This document shows positions 8,354-16,648 of a stretch of DNA of 49,732 bases, piece after piece. The notes under the pieces were generated by a model. It was not told where the DNA came from and made no database searches. It worked only from the letters and a program-made list of their open reading frames with translations. A program made the translations under genes and the position numbers. The stretch is from Flavobacteriales bacterium UBA1112 (GTDB lineage Bacteria > Bacteroidota > Bacteroidia > Flavobacteriales_D > Sanyastnellaceae): assembly GCA_002313415.1 (NCBI GenBank), contig DCBH01000072.1:1-49732 (forward strand), read 5' to 3'. The stretch's first letter is position 1. Each line of letters starts with the position of its first letter.

Positions 8354-10026
8354 TTTTTGAGACAACGTACATACGGTTTTTGATGTGTCTCGTATTGGGG
8401 ATGGTGACTGTGGTGTCGTTGCATGGGCAACGACCACCGATGCATGGCAACCCTGGTTGGTTTCTGGACGACTGGCAACCTAAAAAAGCGAAACTTCCGA
8501 AGAATGTGAGGCAGATTGCTGCTCCCGAAACAACTCCGGATGTTTTTGCATCAGTTGATTTTGGGACTCCTTTGACCAAGGTGAGTCAATACATTTTTGG
8601 AAACAACCTTGGCATTTGGGTGAATCGTTCGAATGTTGACAAGGAGGAGTTTGTTTTGCCATTGCGCGACATGGGCATTTCTGTCATTAGGTATCCCGGT
8701 GGAAATGCATCCAACGATTTTTTTTGGAATGCCTCAGTACGGTCTGAATGTCCTCCCGGTGTCCCGGATACGATTTGGAAAAACAATGGGAGGCAAACAC
8801 CGCCAAAGTTGGGCCGCGAGGGCAGGTTCAAGTTCAGTCCCGAGCATTTTTACGATTTGCTTTTGACTACTGGAGCGACAGGGTCAGTTTGTGTGAATTA
8901 TTCGTATGCGCTTTACGGGGAAGAAGAAGAGGAGGCCAAACGAGTCCAGCTTGCTGCGGAGTATGCTGGAGATTGGGTTCGGCATGCCAATGTGGAGAAC
9001 AAGCTTGGAATTCAGTTTTGGGAGATTGGCAATGAAAATTGGGGTCCATGGCAGGCTGGGTTCAGCGTCCCAGGCCGCGGAGACATCAGCCCCAAGAAAT
9101 ACGGAGAGCACTGCAGAGCTTTTATCGAGGAAATGAAGGCTGCTGATTCATCCATCAAGGTGGGTGTGGTTGGATATCAAAAACCAAAGTCCAACAACCC
9201 GATTCAAAGTCGGTGGAATGAAGAGGTTCTGCCGGAGGTCGCCAAGGTCGCCGATTACATCATTTTGCACGATTACTTCACCGATTTCAAGGCAGTTTTA
9301 AGTCCTGAAGAAATGTTTGCCTCTGTGGATACAGCATATTCACACATTGACGTCATCAACAAAGCTTGGGCTGAAACGGTGCAGTCTTCTGACTCGCCAC
9401 TGCCGATTGCATTGACTGAGTTCAACACCCGCAGCCGAGCAACCATTAGCGCTGGGAATGGTGCCACCAACGTCTCACATTCGGCTGGGCTCTTTATTTC
9501 TCACGCTTTGGGTGAATTCATCCGTCAGGGTTACGGTTCAGCCATGATGTGGGACATTTCAAATGGCTATGCAGATGGGGAAGATCATGGGGTTTTTGCA
9601 TCTCCCAAGGAATTTGACGTTCCAGAGTTGACGCCACATCCCTCATTCTATCATTACTACATGTATGACAAATGTTTTGGTGACACCTATTACGATTGTC
9701 CTACAGATGATCCACAATTGCGGGTGCATGCCTCGAGTTTTTCCTCAGGTGAGGCTGGACTTGTCATTTTAAATGGAAGTCGAAAGGCGCGTACGTTGGA
9801 AGTTGAATTGGTCAACATGGGGGAAGTGAGGAAAGCATATCAATACCTCGTGCACAATGACGACCCTCTTTCGCGTAAAACATACATCAACGGTGAGACA
9901 GGGCCCCACGCCGCGGGTGGGCCAGAGAGGTATTGGAAGGTTCCAGCACAATCATATCCCATCATTGAAAACAAATTGGTTGTCTCATGTCCACCATTCA
10001 GCGCCAATTACGTGATGATCCGATGA
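8350..10026 (+). CDS. Clan GH-A glycoside hydrolase, paralog of the upstream gene (no C-terminal tag)
   Basis: The GTG at 8350 overlaps the upstream TGA (GTGA); an alternative ATG lies at 8383 (MCLVLGMVTVVSLHGQ). It has the same motif set as the upstream gene: IRYPGGNASNDFFW, QFWEIGNENWGPWQAGF and IALTEFNTRS. Confidence 0.75.
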   Translation: MIFETTYIRFLMCLVLGMVTVVSLHGQRPPMHGNPGWFLDDWQPKKAKLPKNVRQIAAPETTPDVFASVDFGTPLTKVSQYIFGNNLGIWVNRSNVDKEEFVLPLRDMGISVIRYPGGNASNDFFWNASVRSECPPGVPDTIWKNNGRQTPPKLGREGRFKFSPEHFYDLLLTTGATGSVCVNYSYALYGEEEEEAKRVQLAAEYAGDWVRHANVENKLGIQFWEIGNENWGPWQAGFSVPGRGDISPKKYGEHCRAFIEEMKAADSSIKVGVVGYQKPKSNNPIQSRWNEEVLPEVAKVADYIILHDYFTDFKAVLSPEEMFASVDTAYSHIDVINKAWAETVQSSDSPLPIALTEFNTRSRATISAGNGATNVSHSAGLFISHALGEFIRQGYGSAMMWDISNGYADGEDHGVFASPKEFDVPELTPHPSFYHYYMYDKCFGDTYYDCPTDDPQLRVHASSFSSGEAGLVILNGSRKARTLEVELVNMGEVRKAYQYLVHNDDPLSRKTYINGETGPHAAGGPERYWKVPAQSYPIIENKLVVSCPPFSANYVMIR

Positions 10027-10096
10027 AGCTTGCTCCTGTAAATTTGTCCGCATCTTGCTCCTTGTATGGGGTGCTCACGCAATTGATTTTGCACCA

Positions 10097-11527
10097 ATGA
10101 GAATTGCTCTTGTCACATCAACATCGCTGGCTTTGCTGTGCATCAGCTGGGCCGCCGTGGAGATCAAAACACAAACTGGAGTGGAGCCGCTTGACAAGCG
10201 GACCAACGTGTTGTTTGTTGCCATTGATGACTTAAGACCTGAGCTTGGTTGTTATGGCAGCCCAATTGCGCACACGCCAAATTTTGATGCTTTTGCAGAA
10301 AGTGCTTTTGTTTTTGATCGCGCGGTATGCGCAGTTCCCGTATGCGGTGCATCTCGCGCATCTGTGATGACAGGTTTACGGCCCAATGTTGAACGATTCA
10401 GGACTTTTTCGTCACGTGCTGATGAAGATGCACCGAATGTGCCTACCATGGCGGCTTGGCTCAAATCGAACGGATACATCACAATTTCCAATGGGAAAAT
10501 CCTGCATAAAAATCAGGACTCGAAGGAGGCGTGGAGCGAACAACCTTGGAGGCCTCAACGCAATTTCCGTGATTACCAAAATCCTGAAAATGTCGCAGCA
10601 GTCAATGCTGGAGGCCATGGACCTGCAACCGAACGAGGCCTTTCCTCTGCGATTTACGGTGACGACCTGACTTTGGAGAAGAGTTTGGCTGACTTGGAAA
10701 GATTGTCGGGTTCTGATCAACCTTTTTTTCTTGGGGTGGGCTTTTTTAAGCCGCATCTTCCCTTTTGTGCACCAGAGGAATTTTGGAATCTTCATGACGA
10801 GGATTCCATTGGATTGGCCAAGAATCGTTTTGCACCACAACACGCTCCTGAGCAAGCCATGCACGATTATGGGGAATTAAGAGCGTATGAGGACATTCCT
10901 GACGACACTGAATTGGACGTGCCTGATTCGATGCAATTGGTCTTGAGACATGGTTACATGGCTTGCGTAAGCTATGTGGATGACTTGTTTGGTCAATTGA
11001 TGAAAAAGTTGGTAGACAGTGGATTGGCCGACAACACCCTTGTTGTCGTTTGGGGCGATCACGGCTGGCAATTGGGTGAGCACAACCTTTGGGCAAAGCA
11101 TTGCAACTTTCAGACCTCACTGAAAGTCCCTTTGATGATTCGTCTTCCAAACCAGAGCCAAGGCTCACATGTTTCTTCAATGGTGGAGTTGACAGATTTG
11201 TATCCTACCATCTGTTCTGTCATTGGTTTGGCGCAACCTCCTCACGTTCAGGGTACAGATTTGAAACTCGTCACGAGCGAATTTGAAACAGCCCATGAAC
11301 GGTTGACATTTTCAAAATTTCATGGCGGCGAAACGCTCACCACCAAGCGTTTCAGTTATACGGAGTACAGGCATAAAGTGTCGGATAAGTTCTTGGCATC
11401 CATGCTTTTCGACCTGGCGGTGGACCCCAATGAGAATGACAATGTCACGGACTCGTCGACTTACGCGTCAATCAAAGCTGACTTGTCTTTTCAATTGGAT
11501 TCTCTTCGCATACTTTCGAGGAAGTAA
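10097..11527 (+). CDS. Formylglycine-dependent (S1) sulfatase, iduronate-2-sulfatase-like
   Basis: The ATG at 10097 gives signal MRIALVTSTSLALLCISWAA. The motif NVLFVAIDDLRPELGCYG...PNFDAF...VCGASRASVMTGLRP aligns to the IDS-type AVCAPSRVSFLTGRRP signature. Later motifs are GFFKPHLPF and VVVWGDHGWQLGEH. Confidence 0.85.
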   Translation: MRIALVTSTSLALLCISWAAVEIKTQTGVEPLDKRTNVLFVAIDDLRPELGCYGSPIAHTPNFDAFAESAFVFDRAVCAVPVCGASRASVMTGLRPNVERFRTFSSRADEDAPNVPTMAAWLKSNGYITISNGKILHKNQDSKEAWSEQPWRPQRNFRDYQNPENVAAVNAGGHGPATERGLSSAIYGDDLTLEKSLADLERLSGSDQPFFLGVGFFKPHLPFCAPEEFWNLHDEDSIGLAKNRFAPQHAPEQAMHDYGELRAYEDIPDDTELDVPDSMQLVLRHGYMACVSYVDDLFGQLMKKLVDSGLADNTLVVVWGDHGWQLGEHNLWAKHCNFQTSLKVPLMIRLPNQSQGSHVSSMVELTDLYPTICSVIGLAQPPHVQGTDLKLVTSEFETAHERLTFSKFHGGETLTTKRFSYTEYRHKVSDKFLASMLFDLAVDPNENDNVTDSSTYASIKADLSFQLDSLRILSRK

Positions 11528-11542
11528 ATAAATTTTAAAATA

Positions 11543-12745
11543 ATGAGCATGCAGCGTCTTTTTTTGTTTCTCTGGTCTTTTGGAATGGTGCCTTTTGTTT
11601 CGATGGCTCAAGGAATCCCACAGCCCCAAAATGTTGCGCCAATTTTGAGTGACTCGACGTGCTCGATCAATTGCCAACATCCTGGATATCGTTTGATGAC
11701 CCAGGTTTTGGACGGTGAAACGATTACAAGGGAGTACATTATCCATGTGCCTGCCGGATATCAAAAGGGCGACAATTTGCCTTTGGTCATTGCCTATCAC
11801 GGTTTTGGTGGCTGTGCATATTACTGGGAGGATGAATTGGACAGCAGTGGATTGAATGATTTGGCTGATGAGGAAGGATTCTTTGTAGCCTACCCTCAGG
11901 CGGCATACAGACCTGCCAAGGAGGACACGTATTGGGAGCCGGGATTCAATGGTGGCGAGAGCATTTATTTGGATGACATCTACTTTACCGAGCAGTTGAT
12001 TGGTCACATCCACGATGAGTTTGCAGTGGACTTGTCGAGCACCTATGCCGCTGGATATAGCAATGGGGGCATGCTGACATACAGCTTGGCTTGTTTGCGT
12101 GGCGATTTGTTTTCCGCGGTCTGTGTCATGTCAGGAGCCCTGCTTGACGGGATGGACAGCTGTGACCAGAACAACCCGCTCCCGATGATTATTTTTCACG
12201 GTGTTGCAGATTTTGTGCTGCCCTATTATGGAGACCAATTTTACGCCCCAGTCCAAGACGTGGTTGGGCTATGGCTTACGCACAATCAAATCCCTGCTTC
12301 GAGCCTTGTCTCCACGGAATTGAATGGAGGCAATGTCACTCATGACGCCTATCAGGGTGGTGCAAACAACACATGCTTGTCTTTCTACACCGTGGTCGAG
12401 GAATATGGGGCACCGGGTGATCATGTCTGGTTCACAGAAGACATGGATGGGGTTTCCCCAAATCGAATCATGTGGGAATTTTTCACGGAAGGGTGCGCAG
12501 GAACGAGCGAGGTTAGTGCATCACCACATGCTGTAGCAGAAGCATTCCCTGTGCCTTTCGACGATCGAATTTTTCTTGGAACACCATCCCTCGCCTTGTC
12601 GACATATCGCATGTTTGATTTGCGAGGCGAACTCATTCAACAGGGTCGGGTAGAGGGTGATGCTTCGATTCTCGGGTTGGGTGGTTTGCCTTCTGGCTTC
12701 TACTTGTTGAAGGCAGGAGATGCGACATTCAAGGTCGTGAAGTGA
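11543..12745 (+). CDS. Secreted esterase of the PHB-depolymerase/feruloyl-esterase (CE1, LpqC-like) family with a T9SS CTD
   Basis: Signal peptide MSMQRLFLFLWSFGMVPFVSMAQ. Further motifs are PLVIAYHGFGG, nucleophile elbow AAGYSNGG (G-x-S-x-G) and IIFHGVAD. A C-terminal Por-type sorting domain is present. Confidence 0.75.
   Translation: MSMQRLFLFLWSFGMVPFVSMAQGIPQPQNVAPILSDSTCSINCQHPGYRLMTQVLDGETITREYIIHVPAGYQKGDNLPLVIAYHGFGGCAYYWEDELDSSGLNDLADEEGFFVAYPQAAYRPAKEDTYWEPGFNGGESIYLDDIYFTEQLIGHIHDEFAVDLSSTYAAGYSNGGMLTYSLACLRGDLFSAVCVMSGALLDGMDSCDQNNPLPMIIFHGVADFVLPYYGDQFYAPVQDVVGLWLTHNQIPASSLVSTELNGGNVTHDAYQGGANNTCLSFYTVVEEYGAPGDHVWFTEDMDGVSPNRIMWEFFTEGCAGTSEVSASPHAVAEAFPVPFDDRIFLGTPSLALSTYRMFDLRGELIQQGRVEGDASILGLGGLPSGFYLLKAGDATFKVVK
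12542..12742 (+). other. T9SS (Por) C-terminal sorting domain
   Basis: AFPVPFDDRIFLG...YRMFDLRGELIQQG...LPSGFYLLKAGDATFKVVK-stop. Confidence 0.7.
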
Positions 12746-12852
12746 GGCGTCGAAGTTGAGGCAAACGAGCCTTGAGCGTGACTGAATCTTCGCGATTGTA
12801 CGATTAGAACAGATTCAGAAATTTGAAATCACATTTTTCTGGGGATGGCAAT

Positions 12853-14598
12853 TCAAGGACATACCTGACCAAATTGACCTAACAGAAGCAGAACATCGGC
12901 CACGGAGACGATGCCGTCTTGGTTCAAGTCAGAGGGACAGCTTGCACACAGTTGGAGGACTTCTTCTCCATCGTTGCAGTCGTTGTCGTTGGTGTCTATC
13001 AAAAGGGGGTTTGTATCTGAAAAAAACAGTTCAAACCCGTCTGTTAAGCCGTCATTGTCGGTGTCGGCATCTAGGGGGTCTGTTCCAATTTCGATTTCTT
13101 GAAAATCAGAGATTCCATCGTCATCGCTGTCTTGGATTTCGAAAGGTGTTAGGGAAAAATCCATGACAAGTGGGAGGTGGTCGGAAGCAGAATACGTGTC
13201 GTTGATGTCCAACCCGAATTCTGCAAGCACATCGGTTGGTGTGGATTCTGTTTCAAGTACAACCGCGTGCTCCTTGTCAATCACGGCATCGCTGAACAAA
13301 ATGAAGTCCAGACGGCCTGGTGGAAAATTGCCATCGCCATCGTCTCTCCATGTGTGCGTAAAGGGCTGGTGCGAATGCCGTGGCAGGGCGTCTGACCACG
13401 GAGTGCCGTCCCAATCAGGCATGTTGCCAACACCATAGGTTTGAGTCTGGACAATGTCGCCATTCAACAGCGTTTCGAGTTGTTGAACATACCCTACGAG
13501 ATTGAGATCACCAGCGTATACGATTGGCGTATTCTCTTCCAAGTTGCCTTCGTTGCTGACGATCCAAGCCATCATTTGATCTACCTCATCTTGACGAGCT
13601 TCGTCATTGCCGCAACAGCTTAAATGACTGTTGATGAACAGCATGGGCCCACCTAACGAATCAGGGATGCCAATGAGAAGCGGGAATTGTCTGGGAATGG
13701 CATCCCAAGATTGAAGTTGCGGCCACACGGTGGCGGTAATCAAATCCCCTTTTTTTGCGGTTTGCCACCCTTCGTCGGAGCTCAGTGGCAGCCATTCGTC
13801 AAGAAGTGATTTGACCTGCGAAGGGCTTGTTCCTCCGCATTCACTGAATAAAAATACATCTGCATTTAGTGCAGAGAGGATCCGCTCAAAGTGAACTTGG
13901 CGGTTGGTATTGATTAAGCCATTTGCCAAGACGTTGTATGCACAGACTCGAATGGATGATGAATTGGTTTTGGACAGGGTTAAAGGCTGCACATCTTCAG
14001 AAGCAGCATCGCTGAAATCGTAGACAAAAGACAGACCTGCATTGGGTAAGTCGTCGTTGAATTGTGCATCTCTAAACAAAATTCTGATGGAGTCTTGCGG
14101 AAAGAGAAAGGTCCCACCGTCAAGAACAACATTTCGACGCAGCGCGAATTCAAATTCATTGGAGGTGACCGTTGGCGCTGGAATCAAACCAATCTCTGAA
14201 AAGTTTACCTGATCAGCTGGGCCAAAATTGGTGTAGGCAAAAAGTCCATTGAAGTCAATCCCCAATTCAGAACCAAAACCTTCACGGACGGGATACCCAG
14301 TAAACTCATTCATGTCCACATCAATCTGGAGGAATAAATTGTGTGGATACAAGGCATCGGTCAAATCAATTTCCGAGGCCAAGCGCACATAGATAAAAAG
14401 ATGATCGAAGTTGCTACTGACCTTCATTTCCAAAAGGTCGACGGGGGAGGCTTCTTCCCAAGCAGAATCTTCTAACCCTTCGATGTCTGACCAGTCGTCA
14501 AATTGACCGTCAATGACAATTGGGTTGCTTTGGGCTTGGATGGAAGAAAGCGAAGCCATGAGCGCAAAAACCATCCAACCAATTTGAAAGCGTCGCAT
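12853..14598 (-). CDS. Secreted endonuclease/exonuclease/phosphatase (EEP) family protein with TSP3-like Ca repeats and a dockerin-like tail
   Basis: ATG at 14598 (GTG at 14601). The signal is MRRFQIGWMVFALMASLSSIQAQ. The EEP core has RVCAYNVLANG (Asn), FLFSECGG (Glu), GDLNLVG and the terminal SDHLPLVMDF (His). An N-terminal beta-sandwich of about 190 aa (IVIDGQFDDWSD...) is of unknown function. Confidence 0.75.
   Translation of the reverse strand: MRRFQIGWMVFALMASLSSIQAQSNPIVIDGQFDDWSDIEGLEDSAWEEASPVDLLEMKVSSNFDHLFIYVRLASEIDLTDALYPHNLFLQIDVDMNEFTGYPVREGFGSELGIDFNGLFAYTNFGPADQVNFSEIGLIPAPTVTSNEFEFALRRNVVLDGGTFLFPQDSIRILFRDAQFNDDLPNAGLSFVYDFSDAASEDVQPLTLSKTNSSSIRVCAYNVLANGLINTNRQVHFERILSALNADVFLFSECGGTSPSQVKSLLDEWLPLSSDEGWQTAKKGDLITATVWPQLQSWDAIPRQFPLLIGIPDSLGGPMLFINSHLSCCGNDEARQDEVDQMMAWIVSNEGNLEENTPIVYAGDLNLVGYVQQLETLLNGDIVQTQTYGVGNMPDWDGTPWSDALPRHSHQPFTHTWRDDGDGNFPPGRLDFILFSDAVIDKEHAVVLETESTPTDVLAEFGLDINDTYSASDHLPLVMDFSLTPFEIQDSDDDGISDFQEIEIGTDPLDADTDNDGLTDGFELFFSDTNPLLIDTNDNDCNDGEEVLQLCASCPSDLNQDGIVSVADVLLLLGQFGQVCP
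12856..12939 (-). other. Single dockerin/EF-hand-like repeat bracketed by Cys-Pro at the extreme C-terminus
   Basis: CPSDLNQDGIVSVADVLLLLGQFGQVCP-stop. It is 28 aa long and shares 13 of 28 positions with the tail at 8267-8350, including both CP brackets. Confidence 0.6.
12940..13131 (-). repeat. Thrombospondin type 3-like acidic calcium-binding repeats
   Basis: DSDDDGISDFQEIEIGTDPLDADTDNDGLTDGFELFFSDTNPLLIDTNDNDCNDGEE: recurring D-x-D-x-DG-x-x-D motifs. Confidence 0.65.
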
Positions 14599-14860
14599 CA
14601 CCTCTACAAGATATGATTGAATGCGTTGAAGAGAAATGCCTGAGCAAGCATTGACTCCCCCAAATCGGGTAAATTATTTAGAACGATTCAAAATAACCCA
14701 TTTGAGGTATGTTTTACGAACCTTATCCTTCAGAATTTTGAACTGAACAGATTTGGATTCCATGTGTTCCTGAAATTGGTTTTCAACGATTCGCATCGAG
14801 GCTGAACGCAGCTTCATGCATGGCAGCAGGTAATCGGAATATTCAAAAGTATTGTTCATC

Positions 14861-14883
14861 TGGGTGGGCGATTTGCCCACCCA
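14861..14883 (+). promoter_or_regulatory. Perfect 9-bp stem / 5-nt loop hairpin 18 nt upstream of the flavodoxin ATG
   Basis: TGGGTGGGC-GATTT-GCCCACCCA read directly from the sequence. It is not followed by a T-run on either strand, so it is not a classical terminator. It lies in the divergent intergenic region between the EEP gene and fldA. Confidence 0.4.
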
Positions 14884-14900
14884 GTTTCTTCCACAACAAC

Positions 14901-15449
14901 ATGGCATCAATGATTCAACTTTATTACGGTTCTGACACTCAAAACACGCACACAGTGGTGCAGGAAAAAATTGTGCCATTGTTAAAAAAGGAGGGTGTTG
15001 CAGTCCGCGACAAAATCATTCCCGAATTAAGCGATGAGGATTGGCGAGATCACGATTTCTTCATTTTGGGAGTGCCCACATGGTATTACGGGGAATTGCA
15101 AAGTGACTGGGAGGCTTATTTCGAGCATTTCAAAACGCTTGATTTCAAGGGCAAGACGGTCGCACTTTTCGGACTTGGTGATCAGTGGGGTTATGACGAG
15201 TGGTTCATTGATGGAGTGGGCATATTGGCTGAAGCTCTCCTTGAAAATGGTGCTGAAATCATTTGTCCTTGGCCAACGACGGGTTATGATTTTCTCAAGT
15301 CACGCGCTTTAAAAAATGAAGGCGAATTTTATGGCTTGGCTCTTGATGAGGACAATCAGTACGAGCTCACTCAGTCGCGTTGTGAAACATGGGTGAAACA
15401 ATTGGTTGCTGAATTGAAGAAAAAGGATTTGTTGCCCGCGATGAGCTGA
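14901..15449 (+). CDS. fldA: Long-chain flavodoxin
   Basis: ATG at 14901 (alternative at 14910). MIQLYYGSDTQNTHTV is the FMN phosphate loop (S/T-x-T-x-N-T). Further motifs are FFILGVPTWYYGELQSDWE, ALFGLGDQWGYDEWF and FYGLALDEDNQ, the long-chain insertion region. Confidence 0.85.
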   Translation: MASMIQLYYGSDTQNTHTVVQEKIVPLLKKEGVAVRDKIIPELSDEDWRDHDFFILGVPTWYYGELQSDWEAYFEHFKTLDFKGKTVALFGLGDQWGYDEWFIDGVGILAEALLENGAEIICPWPTTGYDFLKSRALKNEGEFYGLALDEDNQYELTQSRCETWVKQLVAELKKKDLLPAMS

Positions 15450-15653
15450 AGACCATTCGCATGAAAGACTGCCGGTCGGCGACATACACGGCCCGCTTCG
15501 TTTGAGTGAATGTGTTCTGTTCTGCAGCAGTGATGTCCTTCCCGGAACAAAGCCAAACTTTTGGATTTGTTGAGCGGGCTTGCAATCAATGCGCGCGACC
15601 CAAATTTCTCTAAACTGGTCTCTCAGTTCTCATCATGCCCCGCGCGTTTGTTT

Positions 15654-16073
15654 TCAACCGTGGTGAATTGGGCACTCTGGTCTGCCACATTGACCGCGCT
15701 TCATGTTGTAAAGGTGGAGACCAATCAAGACAGATGCTGCCGAATATTTGAGCCAAGAGGAAAATAGGGCAGGAGCCAAACTCTCCGCAGTTACGGACCA
15801 AGCCAAAAGGACCCATGTCAAGCTGAGCCCAATCCAGACCCATTTTAACGAACTTGTTTTCGAAACGCTGTAAATCGCCATTCCTGAAATGAAGAGAAAC
15901 ACAAAATCGATGGCGCGCCACCACAGTGGGGCCTCACTGCAGCAAGTCTTGGCACAAGCCTGTGCAACGAACAAAAATGGTGTTGCCAGGCAATGCACCA
16001 TGCATAGAAAACTGGCTGCTGCGCCAAGTGAGTCGGATTTGAGCGTGATGAATGCCATGATTAAGTTTGACAT
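15654..16073 (-). CDS. MerC-like small integral membrane protein (metal transport family)
   Basis: 139 aa with about 4 TM segments. The Cys motif sits in TM1 (ASFLCMVHCLATPFLF), with further Cys residues (ACAKTCCSE) and a C-terminal GQCGRPECPIHHG. It is divergent from a Fur-family gene. Confidence 0.6.
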   Translation of the reverse strand: MSNLIMAFITLKSDSLGAAASFLCMVHCLATPFLFVAQACAKTCCSEAPLWWRAIDFVFLFISGMAIYSVSKTSSLKWVWIGLSLTWVLLAWSVTAESLAPALFSSWLKYSAASVLIGLHLYNMKRGQCGRPECPIHHG

Positions 16074-16098
16074 GGCGAAATTAGTAGCAAACCTTCTT

Positions 16099-16106
16099 GT
16101 TGCAAC
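16099..16106 (+). promoter_or_regulatory. Candidate operator palindrome in the MerC-like/Fur divergent promoter
   Basis: GTTGCAAC is a perfect 8-bp palindrome, followed by the related half-site GGTTGCAT, within the 56-bp divergent intergenic region 16074-16129. Short palindromes of this size also occur by chance. Confidence 0.2.
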
Positions 16107-16129
16107 ACGGTTGCATTAATTTTGACATC

Positions 16130-16510
16130 ATGGGTGTGCTGAGAAAGACAAAAAATCTTGAAGAGGTGCTGGAAACCTTCAGGCATTCCCGCCAGGCTTT
16201 GTCCGCCAACATGCTACTCGAACAGTTGTCTGAGGGCATCAACAAATCCACCGTATATCGCTTGTTGGATCGGCTCGAAGACGATGGTGTGATTCATTCA
16301 TTCTTAGCTGCAAATCACACCAAATTTTACGCCTTGTGTCAATCGTGCACATCCGACAAGCATGTTCACAGTCATCCTCATTTTCAATGCTTGTCTTGCA
16401 ATCAAGTCGTGTGCTTGGAAGAGGAATTCAAGCTTCCCAGCATCAATGACATGAATATCCTCGAGGCAGAGGTTTTTCTGAAAGGATACTGCGCTTCATG
16501 TCAATTTTGA
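16130..16510 (+). CDS. Fur-family metalloregulator (Fur/Zur-like)
   Basis: The ATG at 16130 gives MGVLRKTKNLEEVLETF. The winged-helix region is STVYRLLDRLEDDGVIHSF. The metal sites are HVHSHPHFQCLSCNQVVCLEE and GYCASCQ (CxxC...CxxC). Confidence 0.8.
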   Translation: MGVLRKTKNLEEVLETFRHSRQALSANMLLEQLSEGINKSTVYRLLDRLEDDGVIHSFLAANHTKFYALCQSCTSDKHVHSHPHFQCLSCNQVVCLEEEFKLPSINDMNILEAEVFLKGYCASCQF

Positions 16511-16648
16511 CGAACGAAGATTTGAGAGCTACAATCGAGATGTGTCATGCACCATACCGTGAACATTGGTGCTGTTTGTCTTGGACAGACTTTTGACATG
16601 CCCCACATTTGAAATCCAACACTTCAGACTATACCCTTCCTTCAGCTC

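Noticed and set aside
12782-12818. Inverted repeat CTGAATCT...AGATTCAG between the convergent esterase and EEP genes
   Set aside because: It has an 8-bp AT-rich stem with a 21-nt loop. It is not convincing as a bidirectional terminator.
14674-14979. 101-aa minus-strand ORF in the EEP/flavodoxin divergent region (a shorter 47-aa Lys-rich version would start at 14817)
   Set aside because: The long version overlaps the flavodoxin start and the hairpin. The short version is plausible as a micro-ORF but has no motif, so it is not reported as a feature.
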